A stretch of DNA of 63,299 bases, counting the filler, from Kipferlia bialata (Eukaryota), in NCBI GenBank assembly GCA_003568945.1. It is 7 parts of 6 records of this genome, joined end to end, with 100 filler letters (N's around TTAATTAATTAA, not from the genome) between each part and the next. Parts side by side here need not be neighbours in the genome. Positions count along the whole stretch, not along the records: positions 1 to 10,739 come from BDIP01001364.1; positions 10,840 to 21,571 come from BDIP01001365.1; 5 more parts are not named here. One strand, 5' to 3'. Position 1 is the first letter of the stretch. Each line of letters starts with the position of its first letter. A model generated the notes under the pieces. It worked only from the letters and a program-made list of their open reading frames with translations. It had not been told where the DNA came from and ran no database searches. Positions 1 to 13,800 of the stretch are shown here, piece by piece. A program made the translations under genes and the position numbers.

Positions 1-271
1 GGGTTCGAACCCCAGACAAACCGGGAACCAACTCAACAGAATAATCGGGGAGGATAGACCTAAATCGGGAACCACTTCCCGATTTTACCATGCCTGCTCT
101 CCAACCGTTCCCGGTTATACCAGGCCTGATGGAGTGGCAATCGTCTGATGGGAGTGGTCCACTGTAGACAGTACTGTACACATCTACAGTTACCATTCGA
201 AAGAGGTCTCCAAGTGTGTGTGACACACACTGTGTGTCTCTTTACCTCTCAATTGGTTGTCGATAGAACTC

Positions 272-1237
272 ATGTTTGACTATCCGGAGCTGTTTTTTGC
301 GTTTCAGTCGGTCGGCCTTCTCCCGGTTACTTGCGCTGCCGTGAACTCAATCGGCCACAACACACTGGCCGTATTACCACTCCAGCTCCTGGACCAGCAG
401 CCAGACTCTGGCCCAGAGATTCGCATCATAACGCTGAATTCCGACAGGAGTGTTGCAAGTGAGAGTCTAGCATTGCCACAGATAGCAGATCACCTCTATT
501 GTCTCGAAGGGGTGATCTATGCTGACCACGGCTCAGATCTATCAATGATCACGCTTGACACTCTCTCTTGCATTACATGGGAGGGGAGCAGGCACCTTCC
601 ATTCCCCTTCTCTGAGTGCTGCGCATTTTGGCACTTCACCCTGGACGGTCAAGGATTCCTTGTGGACGACGCTTTCTCTAACGAGGACGGGTGCCACATG
701 TGGCATCTAGGGGAGGATAGGAACACGTGGGTCGAGTCCGAGTTCTTGGCCCCTGTGCTGGTCTGCGATCCGTGTGTGATTGGACTCAGGGCATATGGGG
801 TAAACACGCAAGGACACATTGTGTCGTTTGACATCGCTAGCGGTTGGTCTGCTCCTAAGGGAAGTATGCCTCTCTGGGGTCACCCCATGCCTGTAATCGA
901 GGTTGATTCTATGTGCGTGGGACACTTCTTGCTGATCACACACCAGATAGAGACGGAGGACCGGTTCCGTGTGTGGAGGGTGTATGACACAATATCAGGA
1001 GAGCTGGGCACGCTCCCTATATTGTCGCCGGGACTCTGGTATGGGATGTATTCTCCTGCTCTATGCGTTCTGGATGTACCATACATGGGGACTGGTAATC
1101 TTGGCCTGGCCCAAGGGCCTTATGTCACCCAAGGCATTGCGTACTCGGTGAACCCTGCACTTGCATACCCCGACATTGAGATGGAGTGGGGCATACTACC
1201 CTGTGGACTACTAAACCTACCCGAGTCTCAGGACTAG
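272..1237 (+). CDS. Intronless hypothetical protein (~320 aa), possibly a divergent kelch/beta-propeller-like protein
   Basis: Long uninterrupted ORF with first ATG at 272 and TAG at 1235-1237. It has beta-strand-like segments with G/W motifs (MWHLGEDRNTWVE, IVSFDIASGWS, WRVYDTISGEL). The fold is inference only. Confidence 0.6.
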   Translation: MFDYPELFFAFQSVGLLPVTCAAVNSIGHNTLAVLPLQLLDQQPDSGPEIRIITLNSDRSVASESLALPQIADHLYCLEGVIYADHGSDLSMITLDTLSCITWEGSRHLPFPFSECCAFWHFTLDGQGFLVDDAFSNEDGCHMWHLGEDRNTWVESEFLAPVLVCDPCVIGLRAYGVNTQGHIVSFDIASGWSAPKGSMPLWGHPMPVIEVDSMCVGHFLLITHQIETEDRFRVWRVYDTISGELGTLPILSPGLWYGMYSPALCVLDVPYMGTGNLGLAQGPYVTQGIAYSVNPALAYPDIEMEWGILPCGLLNLPESQD

Positions 1238-1488
1238 GTAGAAGTCTCCGACTGGGATGAGATCAATGTGGAACCTATTAGAGGGAGTTGGCTTCGGTTA
1301 GAAGTTGAGTCAGTAACAGAGAGCTAGAGACCACTCTCGATAGATATATCATATAGTATATGTGCAATACCCAACACTTATGAGGGAGGTATAAATTTCC
1401 GGCAGCGCCTTGCCATCCGCCTTGGGTATAGCCACTACAATAATGAACCTGCATGAAATAATGACCAACAAGTATGAACATATACAGC

Positions 1489-4400
1489 TCAGCCTGAAGC
1501 ATTCATCCTGTCCCTCTGTTCAGGAGCGACGGTTGCGTGGGGCTGACGCCCACTGTCTCCCGTGGCTGTGTCCTCCCGGTGGCCCCCATCTATCACCTGA
1601 GATGATTCATCTCCGCCCTCCCACACCGACCTAGAGTGGAAGTCCTTCCCGATGAGTGCCGTCTGTTCCGAGTCTCCCTACCAGGTAGGGAGTCCCTACC
1701 TCGCCTGGAGGGCTACCGATCAATTTGAGAGAGAGGGATACACAGGAGGGCATTATTAGACAGTGATCCGAGAGAAAGGCAAGTTGAGTTTGCAATCCTA
1801 TTATACTGTTCCTTCAGAGAGACATATAGTCTATTCGGCCATCTCTGGGATGGTGAGCATGCCATCCACCCCTGGTGTGTTCCACCCCTGGTCTCTCTTG
1901 CTCAGTCTCTCCCTATGCGTGCTCTTGACACTGCCACTACCGGCAAGGGAGAGAGAGAGGGGCGGGAGTACAATCCCACCAGAGGTGAGTACCCCTCCCT
2001 CCTCCTCCCCTTGGTTCTTGGGAAGGTTGGAGTATCGCCGGACCTGGGAATGAGATAATGCCAATCGTACATAGATATATCACTCACACATACTGACAAT
2101 CAAGGTTGGAGTACCGCCTGACCTTATTATGGATAGAGCATTTGAGAGAAATAACATTGTACATGATAAATCATGTATAGTAAAGAAATACAACACAATG
2201 GGTTATCCCAAAACGTACCCTACAAGCATATGGATGGGTTAATACACACACATATATATATATACTGGAAGGTACCTGGAAAGAGGCTGCAACCTTAGGT
2301 AGCAGAGATCGTCGCCGGGCAGAGCTTCCACTGTTGGTCAGTGCATGTCTAATAATATCGTGACATATAAATGTACGTACGGTGTGGAGCGTGCTGACCC
2401 CCTCCTAGACCCAGTCACTGATGCTGACCCATTGAACATTGGTGTCTGCATGTAGCTGTTGGCTCTCTCCCTCTCTCTCTCTCTCTCCCTGTCCGGCTCA
2501 GGGGTGGAGTCTACCATGCCACTCGATGCCGCATTGCGCTCCCAGTGACTGCCGGCAATGGCCTGGTAATGAGGGATAAACAGACACTGACATAATACTA
2601 CTATATATATCGAATACATATACTACTTATGCGTACCTTCTCCAGCTTCTGTGCAGGGGATGGAGCACCAGAGTATGTCTCCTGTTCCCCATTGGGGTCA
2701 ATGCTCTCCAGGGAGTTGACGTCCCGGAGCCAACCTGCAAACTTCCTGAGGTATCAGAACTCATACTATATTCCTTGAATTATGCAATAAGTATAATTCT
2801 AGGCCTTGAATATATGATACTGATACTACATACCTCCTTAGGTCGTCTGCACAACTACCAGGCTCATCACTGGACCCATTGACTAGCAGCTGCACACTCG
2901 AGGAGAGGGTACCTAGAGGGTCAGACATGACCGAATTAATGTCCCGTCATCCAAATAGCATTAACATTCGTAATCGAAAATATGACTATTCACTACTCAC
3001 AAGTACCTGCCATCTGTAGCTTTGGAGGTCTCATTCGAGAGAAGCGTACAGAGTTATAGCCCGATCTATGGGAGGCCAGACCAGATCTGGAAGGTCAGTA
3101 ACACATAAACAACGATGAGTATGCTTCTTCACTCATACACAATCCGAGTACCATACGAGCAAGTGCTTGTACCTATATCGTGATGGGATGTAGGGCGATG
3201 CAAAGGAGAGTGAAGTCATGGCGCCATGCTGATCCACCACAGACTGGAGGAGGTTGAAGGCCCTGGGGGTTAGGCAGAGTATCGCGTACAAGAAACAAAT
3301 ATACATAGTCATATATATATATAAACTATGTCAACCACAGACTGGAGGAGATTTAAGGCCCTGGGGTGAACAAGGTATCGTGTGGGGAGATAATCTATTC
3401 ATGTCACCATATAGAACAAAATATGGAATTCACTATATACAAACAATAACATGTGGTACCTTAGCTCTGCCGATCTTGCAACAGGGCACTGACTCCACTT
3501 GGGCATGGCTGGGGTGGGGAGAGAGAGAGAGAGAGAGATACAAAGAGATGCTGGGGTGGAAATAGTCACAATACACAAGACATAGAGAGATACAAAGAGA
3601 TGCTGGGGTGGGAAATAGTCACAATACACAAGACATTGGGGACTTGGATTATGTGAACATGGATTATAAGACAAACAGGTATATGGTTATAATACCCTAA
3701 AGCTGAGACATGAATATAAACATACCCTCCTCCATCAGCTTGAGTGCCGACACTCTCACCAATAGGTAGATCAGGGGTACATGCACAGAGTAATGACGCC
3801 TCAGCATCCTGAGAGTGAGGAGAGCATCTGCTATGCATCGATATATAAGTACTAACATGAATATAATGAGGGTGAGAACACGTCGGTTATCGAAACAAGG
3901 AGAGAGTAAAAGTAATACTATGGATCTCATACTATGGCTCAGCGTCCAGAGAGAGAGACCTCACCTTCTTGATGTGACTGGCAGCGACTTGGACAGATAC
4001 TCATCCCGGAGCTGTCTGAACCTTTGGTCAGAGAAATCGTACTTAATACCAATAGATAACAGTATTCAACCTATATGAGTAATTGAGTCATACCTCTCAA
4101 ACCGCCACTTCTGTCTGGTGGCAACATTGGCATGGGCTAGGTCGAGCTTCTCTTCCTCCATCTCGACCTGGACCTGGGGTTAGGCAGCATTGTTTACGTA
4201 TATATCATAACATGAGAGATACCGAATTGTATAAAGCGTGGCAGAGGCATATACTGTTCATGTGGATACTCCAATATTTCCTACAGAGTAGAGAGAGATG
4301 AAAGAGGCTGTGTAGTATATACCTGGAGATCCATATCTCCTGAGAGGGACGGGAGCTTCTTCAAGGCTCTCAGCCTATAGGTTAGAGGGAAATCAAGAAG

Positions 4401-7400
4401 AAACAATAATGCTAACCACAAATGCAACTATAGGTATAACTAACTTGTGGATTGTCCTGTGGATTGCCTTATAGAGTGACCCGTATACTGATACATACAT
4501 ACACTCACACACATATACACATATACTGGGAATAATGCAATGTCCGTACTTGTGGAACGTCCTAAGTATTGCCTTGTACAGGGGCACGTGTCTGTCATCA
4601 TCGAGTAACTGTCTGGACACCGCAGCCCTCTCACTCACATAGGCCACAAAGTCACCTGGAGAGTGAGACAAACACGCACACACAAAGTAAATATTGTATA
4701 CACGTATGTATGAATACACATATGTATACATAATATATTACCTATATATACGTGATAACACCAGCTCTGAGAGAGTAGTAGTATCACATTACGTCGTATC
4801 ACGCAATGATTGTGTGTCACACACACTGCATCATAGTTTAGTAGAAGATAGTATATTATTACCTGCCACCAGCTCTGAGAGGGATGCCGCAGATGTCGCC
4901 TCTCCACTGGCCAGAACAACAGCTACCTCAGACCTGGGGGGTTAGACAGAGGAGAGAGTCAGAAAGATAGAAAGTACGACGTAGAAGGAGGAGGAGGGGG
5001 AGAGAGAGAGATAGAGATGCTGAAGTCAGGACAACGGCTACCTCAGACCTAGGGGTTAGACATTGAAGATAGAATGGGAGAGAGGGGTGGACTTCATGAT
5101 AACGACTGCGAAAAGGTAAGGAGAGATAATGAGGGAGGAATAGAGCAAGAATACACCATATAGAGTAATACCTCAGTCTCAAGAACTTCTCTCTGGCCAG
5201 CTCCTTCTGGCGTGTCGCCGCCATAAACATAATGAATGTAGACTACATAATTACAATATAATATGCATCCGAATACCTAAGCTTTAAGAACTTCTCCCTG
5301 GCCAGCTCCTTCTTGCGGGTCTCACCCATCTGAGCAGACTCTGCGGGTCGAGAGTTGTAGAGATGGGCGCCGAGACTGCCTATTGTCAGTATGGATGATA
5401 CACATAGTAGTACAGTTCAATAGGTAGTTGACCATATTAGTTATTAGCACACTCACCTGCAATCTCTGGCATGAACACTGTTGTCCATGCCAACTCGTGC
5501 AACAGTATAGTTGTATAATGAATATATATGANNNNNNNNNNNNNNNNNNNNNNNNNNNNNNNNNNNNNNNNNNNNNNNNNNNNNNNNNNNNNNNNNNNNN
5601 NNNNNNNNNNNNNNNNNNNNNNNNNNNNNNNNNNNNNNNNNNNNNNNNNNNNNNNNNNNNNNNNNNNNNNNNNNNNNNNNNNNNNNNNNNNNNNNNNNNN
5701 NNNNNNNNNNNNNNNNNNNNNNNNNNNNNNNNNNNNNNNNNNNNNNNNNNNNNNNNNNNNNNNNNNNNNNNNNNNNNNNNNNNNNNNNNNNNNNNNNNNN
5801 NNNNNNNNNNNNNNNNNNNNNNNNNNNNNNNNNNNNNNNNNNNNNNNNNNNNNNNNNNNNNNNNNNNNNNNNNNNNNNNNNNNNNNNNNNNNNNNNNNNN
5901 NNNNNNNNNNNNNNNNNNNNNNNNNNNNNNNNNNNNNNNNNNNNNNNNNNNNNNNNNNNNNNNNNNNNNNNNNNNNNNNNNNNNNNNNNNNNNNNNNNNN
6001 NNNNNNNNNNNNNNNNNNNNNNNNNNNNNNNNNNNNNNNNNNNNNNNNNNNNNNNNNNNNNNNNNNNNNNNNNNNNNNNNNNNNNNNNNNNNNNNNNNNN
6101 NNNNNNNNNNNNNNNNNNNNNNNNNNNNNNNNNNNNNNNNNNNNNNNNNNNNNNNNNNNNNNNNNNNNNNNNNNNNNNNNNNNNNNNNNNNNNNNNNNNN
6201 NNNNNNNNNNNNNNNNNNNNNNNNNNNNNNNNNNNNNNNNNNNNNNNNNNNNNNNNNNNNNNNNNNNNNNNNNNNNNNNNNNNNNNNNNNNNNNNNNNNN
6301 NNNNNNNNNNNNNNNNNNNNNNNNNNNNNNNNNNNNNNNNNNNNNNNNNNNNNNNNNNNNNNNNNNNNNNNNNNNNNNNNNNNNNNNNNNNNNNNNNNNN
6401 NNNNNNNNNNNNNNNNNNNNNNNNNNNNNNNNNNNNNNNNNNNNNNNNNNNACACTGATGGGGGAGACAAGCTTCAATACAACCTTGGCGTGAGGGGGTA
6501 TATACATACAAATACAGAAGGAGGGGGGGAGAGAGAGCAATACCAGTCTGACACTGATGGGGGAGACTACCTTCAGAACAACCTTGGTGTGAGGAGGTAT
6601 ATACATACAAATATAGAGGGGGGGAGAGAGAGAGAGAGAGAGACAGAGCACTACCAGTCTGACACTGATGGGGGAGACAAGCCTCAATACAACCTTGGCG
6701 TGAGGGGACATTATAGTATAACCACAGGGAGAGAGGGAGTCAAAATAGTGTGATCCACTAATATGTTTAAGCTTCCATGGACAGTAGGAGATGAGAGAGG
6801 GAGAGAAGCAGAGTACCATGCATGTACCTGCTCCCTCTCCTTCTCTGAGGTCAGGCCCACATCAAATCTACCCGATGCCACCAGCTTGGCCATGCCCTCG
6901 AGGTACCTATGGGTTAGTATATAGACTTATATATATATATATATATATATGTATGCATCAGTAGTATATATGTAACTGATGCCACCAGCTTGGCCATGCC
7001 CTCGAGGTACCTGAAGGTGAGTACAGATAGAGGCTCAGTACATAAGTGCCGGAGAGTAGAAGTGACTCTTAGAATGAGTGGGAATACATATACACATATA
7101 CCACTAGCTTGGCCATGCCCTCGAGGTACCTAGGGTTAGTATATACACACACACATATACCTATCTATATATAGAGCACGTGTCTTAATGTAAGTAATAC
7201 ATATGCCACCAGCTTGGCCATACCCTCTAAGTACCTAGGGTGGGTATTTAGGAGGCATTCTATAGTACTATAGCATGAGTAACAGTACATCGGTACTCTA
7301 TGATATACCTGAGTGCATCATTCCCCGACACCCTGAGTGACGTCCAATATAGTTTTATACAGTACATAGTATATACATATGTATCTATATATACACTCAA

Positions 7401-10400
7401 TATACCTCAGTGCATCATTCCCTGACACTCTGAGTGACATTCTCATCTGGGAGTCACACTGCACCTCGTCACCCGGCCTGGATGTAAGAGGAAAGAGTAC
7501 ATCCATTTATAAATCGCACTGGGTACAATCATAAATGGAACTATACCATGCCTGCCCTTTGCAACATCTCTGTTTGGCCGTGTCCCCTCTGGCATGTCCT
7601 CATCTGACACATCGAGGTCGGGGGTGTCTAAGAGTTAGTGGTAGTATACTAAACTATAAATACAGGTCATGTAAACACTGATGTAGGGGAGTATGTCATC
7701 TGACACATCGAGGTCAGGGGTGTCTAGAGTGAGTGAGGGAATATATACAGACATATATATATGTGAACATGTGAAATTCTATATATATGTTACACATACA
7801 CTGCAATATATCAAGTGCATATCATTGTCTGGGTCTAAATATAATCACAGAAGATGCAGGGTGGGGTGGTATAATGGTATAACATGGGGCGACTCGCTTC
7901 ATACCTCCCAGTGCCTCCTTGGACTCCTCCTCATCAAACTCCTTACCAGCCTTCTTGGCTGCGGCCTTGGCAGCGGCCTTCTTCTTTGCCTACACGGTCA
8001 GAGAGAGACTCAGAGAGAGACCGCGTAACATATACACAAAGTGAAAGAATATGTGCCATGTGTGCGCATTATATATATCCATATAGCAGCACTATATGTG
8101 CAGCCGTACCGCCTGTCTCTGTAGCTTTGCCTCTGCCCTAGCTCGTCTGGCCCTGTCGACACCCAGGGCAGAGTCGAGGTCCTATCAATGAGTGATGTAA
8201 TAAGAATAATATATGTATATATTGATATATATATATATATATAAATTAATACATATAATTAGGCACGTCTGGAAGTCCACACCCAGGGCAGAGTCGAGGT
8301 CCTAAATATGAGTGTTAACTGTACATATACATGAGGGAGATACACATACACCCAGTGTAAAGGTCCTGGGAGAAGGGATATATTGAATGAGGACAGAGTC
8401 CATGAGAGGACTAATAATACATGACATATAAATATGTGTGTGTGGGCGTGAGAGGGAGGGGTGTCAGACAATGTACACATATATATCACCTGCATGACTG
8501 CCTGGCTCTTGTACTGTATTATACATGTATATATAGAGATGAATTCATACACACACACATATATATACTCTCAATATGTATACTCTTGTACCTGCATGAC
8601 TGCCTGGCTCTTGTACTGTGGCTTCCTGGGTGCTAGAGGTTGGTCATCGGTCATGACTAGGATATACCTCTCCCACAGCTGATATCAGTATATATATCAG
8701 TACATCATAAGCGGAAAGCTAAGAGATATCCACCAACATGTATATATACATATATATACCACCCACCTCATCTGGGGATATGGCACCAGCATTGAACACG
8801 CTCTTCTCCTGACAGTGAGCGGGATGGATAAGTAAAATCATATACATATAGTGTGAGAGAGAGAAGGATAGAGAGAGAGAGACACACAGTACTTGATTGT
8901 CTTACCTCTACCGGGTCCGGTTGGAGCCTCAGAGGCTTGTATGCAGCACCCTCTGGAGGTGAGAGAGTCTAGACATATAACATAGAGAGAGAATGATCAT
9001 AAATACACTACTCACGCTACCTGCGTGTCTGTTGACTGTGGATATATTACTATAGATATAGTATGAAATATAATATATCTAGGGGGTAAACCTCATATAT
9101 GAGTGCAAACATAAGATGTAAATGTATCCTACCTGCGTGTCTCTTGACTGTGGGCTGTATATCCTTGATAACAATGAGTGAACAGTCTCTTTCGTATCAT
9201 ATACAGTAGTAGCGACAGAGACATACATACACATGCATACTACCTGCATGCCTCTTGACTGTGGGCTGTATATCCTTGATAACAATGAGTGAACAGTCTC
9301 TTTCATCTCATATATACATAGACATACCCATATATACACACTACCTGCGTGTCTCTTGACTGTGGGCTGTGGCTGGAAGGGCACGATGATACAGTCCTGG
9401 ACATAAGAGATATAGAGCAATTATTACAAAACTGCGAAATATCATATTCAAATATTATACATAATACAATACTACATGCAAGATTACTACAGTCAATTGT
9501 TATATTCGTATACACTCCTACCTGAGTGAACTGTGCATGGTGGGTCAGGATCATAACACAAAATACAATGCATATAGTATATATATGATATACCATTAAT
9601 AACACACTATCTATTTCAACATATACACTGAATACCCCACCTGTGTGAACTGTGCGTGGTGGGTCAGGATCAGAAAGTCCTTTCGCCGCATCACTGGGGT
9701 AAGAAGAAGAGCGAGGAAAATGAAGAATAGGGCGAAGAGATACCAGGAGAGTAGAAGTAGAACTAGAGAGTGTTCAGAAAAAGGGCACCCATGCTCTTAA
9801 CTGTGTCACGCACATAACAATGGAGATACACCAATTGCTACCTAATACAACATTCTTGTGCCAACATTACAAATCATAATGACCACGTACCCATGTTAGT
9901 GTTCCTGACTGTGGCATGCACACCCAGTCTCTTGCAGTACTGGGCTGCTAGCTCAGGCAGAAGCTGGTGTGAGAGAAATAGAACTCTGCATATTTGTATG
10001 TATAGAAAGGTACAATTGTAAGACTAGATAATATATAGTATTGCAGTACTGGGCTGCTAGCTCAGGAAGAAGCTGGAATAAGGAAACATTCAAACGTAAT
10101 ACTGTTGGACAGAGAGCGGATGACCCTGCAATGAAGTATTAATGTATGTACACAATAATACCATTACAAATGGAATCACATGACTATATATAGTATATAT
10201 GCCCTAAAATATGGAGAATACTTGTTTGTATAATGTGTACCTTCTTGAGGGCCATTGCATTCTCAGCATCGGACCTCACACGTCCCATACCTGTGAATGA
10301 GTATATGAGAGAGGGTACAAAGAGAGACATATAGGAATAATGGATTTGACATCAGAGTAAAGATTATGGTATGGGAGAGAGAAAGGGAGTAAGGGAGAGA

Positions 10401-10546
10401 GAGACAGAGAGACCAGTACGTTCCATCCCTGTAGTTGATACACAAGAGAGAGGGTCTAATGGGAGACAGGTGGATGGACAGACAAGTTAATTAATAACAA
10501 ATGATTATGCACCATATTGAGAATTGAGAAGTATAAGAGAGTGAGA

Positions 10547-10579
<33 letters not shown>

Positions 10580-10662
10580 TATCCCGTACCGAGTCCATAG
10601 TGGTCCAGGGGTATGATGAAGGGTCGGGTGTCAGTGACACCAGGGGTGTGGTCAGGATTCAT
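1489..10662 (-). CDS. Large multi-exon hypothetical protein (5' partial, spans an N gap; could be more than one gene)
   Basis: GT-AG-bounded GC-rich exons on the minus strand translate openly, e.g. MNPDHTPGVTDTRPFIIPLDHYGL, LLPELAAQYCKRLGVHATVRNTNM, LWERYILVMTDDQPLAPRKPQYKSQAVMQ, AKKKAAAKAAAKKAGKEFDEEESKEAL, AFNLLQSVVDQHGAMTSLSFASPYIPSRY. The terminal exon ends ...RDRMNASG* (TGA at 1491-1489). No family recognised. Confidence 0.55.
5532..6451. other. Assembly gap (N run)
   Basis: Continuous Ns; ORFs crossing it are artefacts. Confidence 0.99.
6874..7240 (-). repeat. Intronic tandem copies of an acceptor plus exon 5' edge (4 copies)
   Basis: CCACCAGCTTGGCCATGCCCTCGAGGTACCT recurs at ~6878, ~6983, ~7101 and ~7206 with substitutions; only the 6826-6908 copy is a full exon. 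Confidence 0.85.
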
Positions 10663-10739
10663 CTATGAGCACCAGTGTCCAGAGGGGGGGGGGGGGGGGG
10701 GGGGTTTTTTTTGGGGGGGGGGGGGGGGGGGGGGGGGCC

Positions 10740-10839
10740 NNNNNNNNNNNNNNNNNNNNNNNNNNNNNNNNNNNNNNNNNNNNTTAATTAATTAANNNNN
10801 NNNNNNNNNNNNNNNNNNNNNNNNNNNNNNNNNNNNNNN
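10740..10839. other. Artificial contig-joining linker N44-TTAATTAATTAA-N44 (also 21572-21671, 32389-32488, 43206-43305, 54012-54111, 58743-58842)
   Basis: The identical 100-nt linker, with stops in all six frames, occurs six times. Segments are about 10739, 10732, 10717, 10717, 10706, 4631 and 4457 nt, i.e. non-increasing length, consistent with concatenated unrelated contigs. Confidence 0.97.
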
Positions 10840-10846
10840 TAAGGGT

Positions 10847-10894
<48 letters not shown>

Positions 10895-10897
10895 TAC

Positions 10898-13800
10898 CTG
10901 CTGGCACATGTCAGTCCACTGGATGAGTCCGGCAGTCAGAGTGAGCTGGCCAGGCCACTTGGCAATCCACCTGGTAAATCAGAATGTATATACACACATG
11001 AGAAAGCATGTATGGGTATATGCTTCGAATACCAACCCAATTACACACATACCTCTCATATCCAGCCCTGGACCGGAGCTCGTGGAGGGACTGGCCTGAG
11101 GTTAGGGATGAATATACTAGATGAGATCCACAACAGTATAGGTACCCATATATTCATCCATATCCATATAGACATACCTAGAAGTACAGCGAGTGTCTTC
11201 CTCATTGCCGACTCAATGAGTAGCAGCCATCCCTCCACTGCACCTGAGCAGGTGACAGGCTGCTGGAACATGACCTAAGGTCAGATATATACATTAAATA
11301 TGAATATATATATTGAGAGAAAGGATAGGTCACAGACAGCATCATATGTATGTAAAACTATAATGTGTCGTAAACATACCTTCTCCCCGTCCCCGGCTAT
11401 CAGGGCAGTCGCCTGGAGTACAGTGGTGTTACGTGCATTCCTAGATGTAAGAACTTGAAACAGTATGTATATTAAGTATATGTGTATATAATTCGAATAC
11501 ACACCTGCTTGGACTGGCCTGCAGGTCAAGCATCTTGACTGCGTCGAAACACTTCTTCATGTGGGGCTGGACAGCCTCAGGGTTACGGGCCTGGCCTGAT
11601 ATAAGACTGAAGAGAGAGAGAGAGAGAAAGAGATACTAGATGTACGTACCGAGGATCTCCAGGAGCTCATCGTTGGACAGGAAGTAGAACCTGGGGAGTG
11701 AGAAAGAGTATAGCAAAGAGAAGCCAGATGTATAGGACATATGCAGTATATGCAGTATATAGTATCGTTGGACAGGAAGTAGAACCTGTGGAGTGAGGGG
11801 AAGGGTACCTAAGATATAATATACATTACTGATACTGTGACTATATCAATAGAACACCAAATGTATACCTTGGGAATGCCTGTCTCTTGACCTCGAGGTA
11901 GTTGTCGAGCTGGCGCTGGATCTGGGGGTGGGAAGGTATATGCAGACACGAATAATATACGGAGATAGATATAGTATTGATGATACGAGTATTCCAGGTA
12001 CAAATATGCAATATATACCTGCTCCAGTGTGGTCAAGAGGTTCTACAGCTAGATAATCTCAGAGTATATAGTACTAATATGTATACACACATCTCATACA
12101 TGTATGATATACTGTATAGTACTAATACGCTTACACACATCTCATACATGTGTGATATACTGCATACGATATTACCTGCTCCAGTGTGGTCACCATGTTC
12201 TGCAGCTTGGTGGCAACGGGCTTGGTCAGGCAGGACAGGGCAAGCTTCTTCCTAAGGGGTTAGAGTGCATGGGGGATACAAAAGACTCACTAACTTGATT
12301 GTATAATAGAACAGTATACAATGTATATTGTAAATGGTCAGACAGGACAGGGCAAGCTTCTTCCTAAACGGTGAGAGAGCATGTATGCATGCAAGATATA
12401 TATATATATTATATAAATATCTTTCTTATGCCCTGTACCTGTGCATCTCTGTCATTGTCTCCCCCCAGGCAGTGTTGACCTCGAGGAACATGGCAGTCTC
12501 GGAGGGCAGCTGGCGCCTGTTGTAAGTGTATACATGCATATATATATAGAGAGAAATAGAGAGAGATACCTGATATCCTCTGAGCCCATAAAGATGGCCT
12601 CGAGGTACAATTAGTACATTTACCTATATATATATATATACATATATATATATCCTATATTATACCTGATATCCTCCGATCCCATGAAGATGGCCTCGAG
12701 GTACAATTAGTACATTTACCTATATACGAATATATATATATATGTATATATAGTTATCTATACCTGATATCCTCCGATCCCATGAAGATGGCCTCGAGGT
12801 ACATCCATGACCTCTGGGTGGACAGGATCAGCTCAATGGTGTCTGCCACTGCTCCTGGATGTGAGAAAAGAAATCTACACAAAATATTTCTTAGAAACTA
12901 CATATACTATAAATACCAAGTGTATCTGCGTGGGTATCAGTATACTTAGTAAACTCTTATCCAATCTATATACCTAGTGTCTTCTCCCACTGCTCCAGCT
13001 GGGACTCGAAGGCAGCCACAAAGCGAGAACCCTTCATCGTGCTGGGGTTAGACTGCATGTGTATCACAAATGGAAAAGTCCTAATAAATCATGGTTCTGG
13101 AAATCAATAATTGTAATGAACAGAACGAGAGGCCTTCATGGTACTGGGGTTAGACTATATATGTACACATATACATATATATATATGCATATAATAATGT
13201 ATGTGCATGCATATTACCTCAGTGTGAGTGTGTTGTCCTCGAGCAGCTCGAACACCTCCTCGGCACCGTGCAGAAGGTAGAAACCCTGAGAGTGAGACAA
13301 TACTACTATACATATAGATGACAATAAGGAGTGATATAATACTATTGACTATAAGTAACATATGTCCTACCTTTGTCTTCGAGTATGCCCTGATGTCGAG
13401 CTCCAGTACCTGCCATCCCTCCTGAGATCAATAAGGGGGCTAGAGAGAGAGAGAGAGTGATGTGAGAGAGAAGAATATTCAAACTATTTGAATGATATAT
13501 ATGACTGACTACGGTACTCACCTTGATGGAAGTGAGGCTGTTCTCGATGCCCAGCTCCTGCTCAGCAGACTCAGACAGGGTCATGATGACCTCGGCGTGC
13601 TCATCAAGGCCTAGAGTGAGATAGTATGATTATAAACAATATGTCTACTAATAGAGATTTTCGTTTACTTATGTCCAGGTTTATGTACCTAGCTCATACA
13701 CTGTGGCCAGTGTGAACTCTGGCTTGAATGGATCCACAACCTGGCCAACCTCAGCAGAGAGCTGCTGGAAGTGCCTAGAGTTAGTCTGTAAATAACAATT

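Noticed and set aside
1..14. GGGTTCGAACCC resembling a tRNA T-loop/B-box
   Set aside because: Truncated at the contig edge, and no cloverleaf could be built on either strand.
5322..6819. Long ORFs crossing N gaps (also 37661-39511 on the minus strand)
   Set aside because: Their length comes from X residues in the gaps or from the antisense of a GC-rich repeat.
6874..7240. Spaced ~30-nt direct repeats resembling a CRISPR array
   Set aside because: The repeats are copies of exon sequence with splice sites, the spacers are irregular low-complexity intron DNA, there are no cas genes, and the context is eukaryotic.
10784..10795. Regularly spaced TTAATTAATTAA palindromes about every 10.8 kb
   Set aside because: Always embedded in 44+44 Ns. 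It is a synthetic six-frame-stop linker between size-ordered contigs, not biology.
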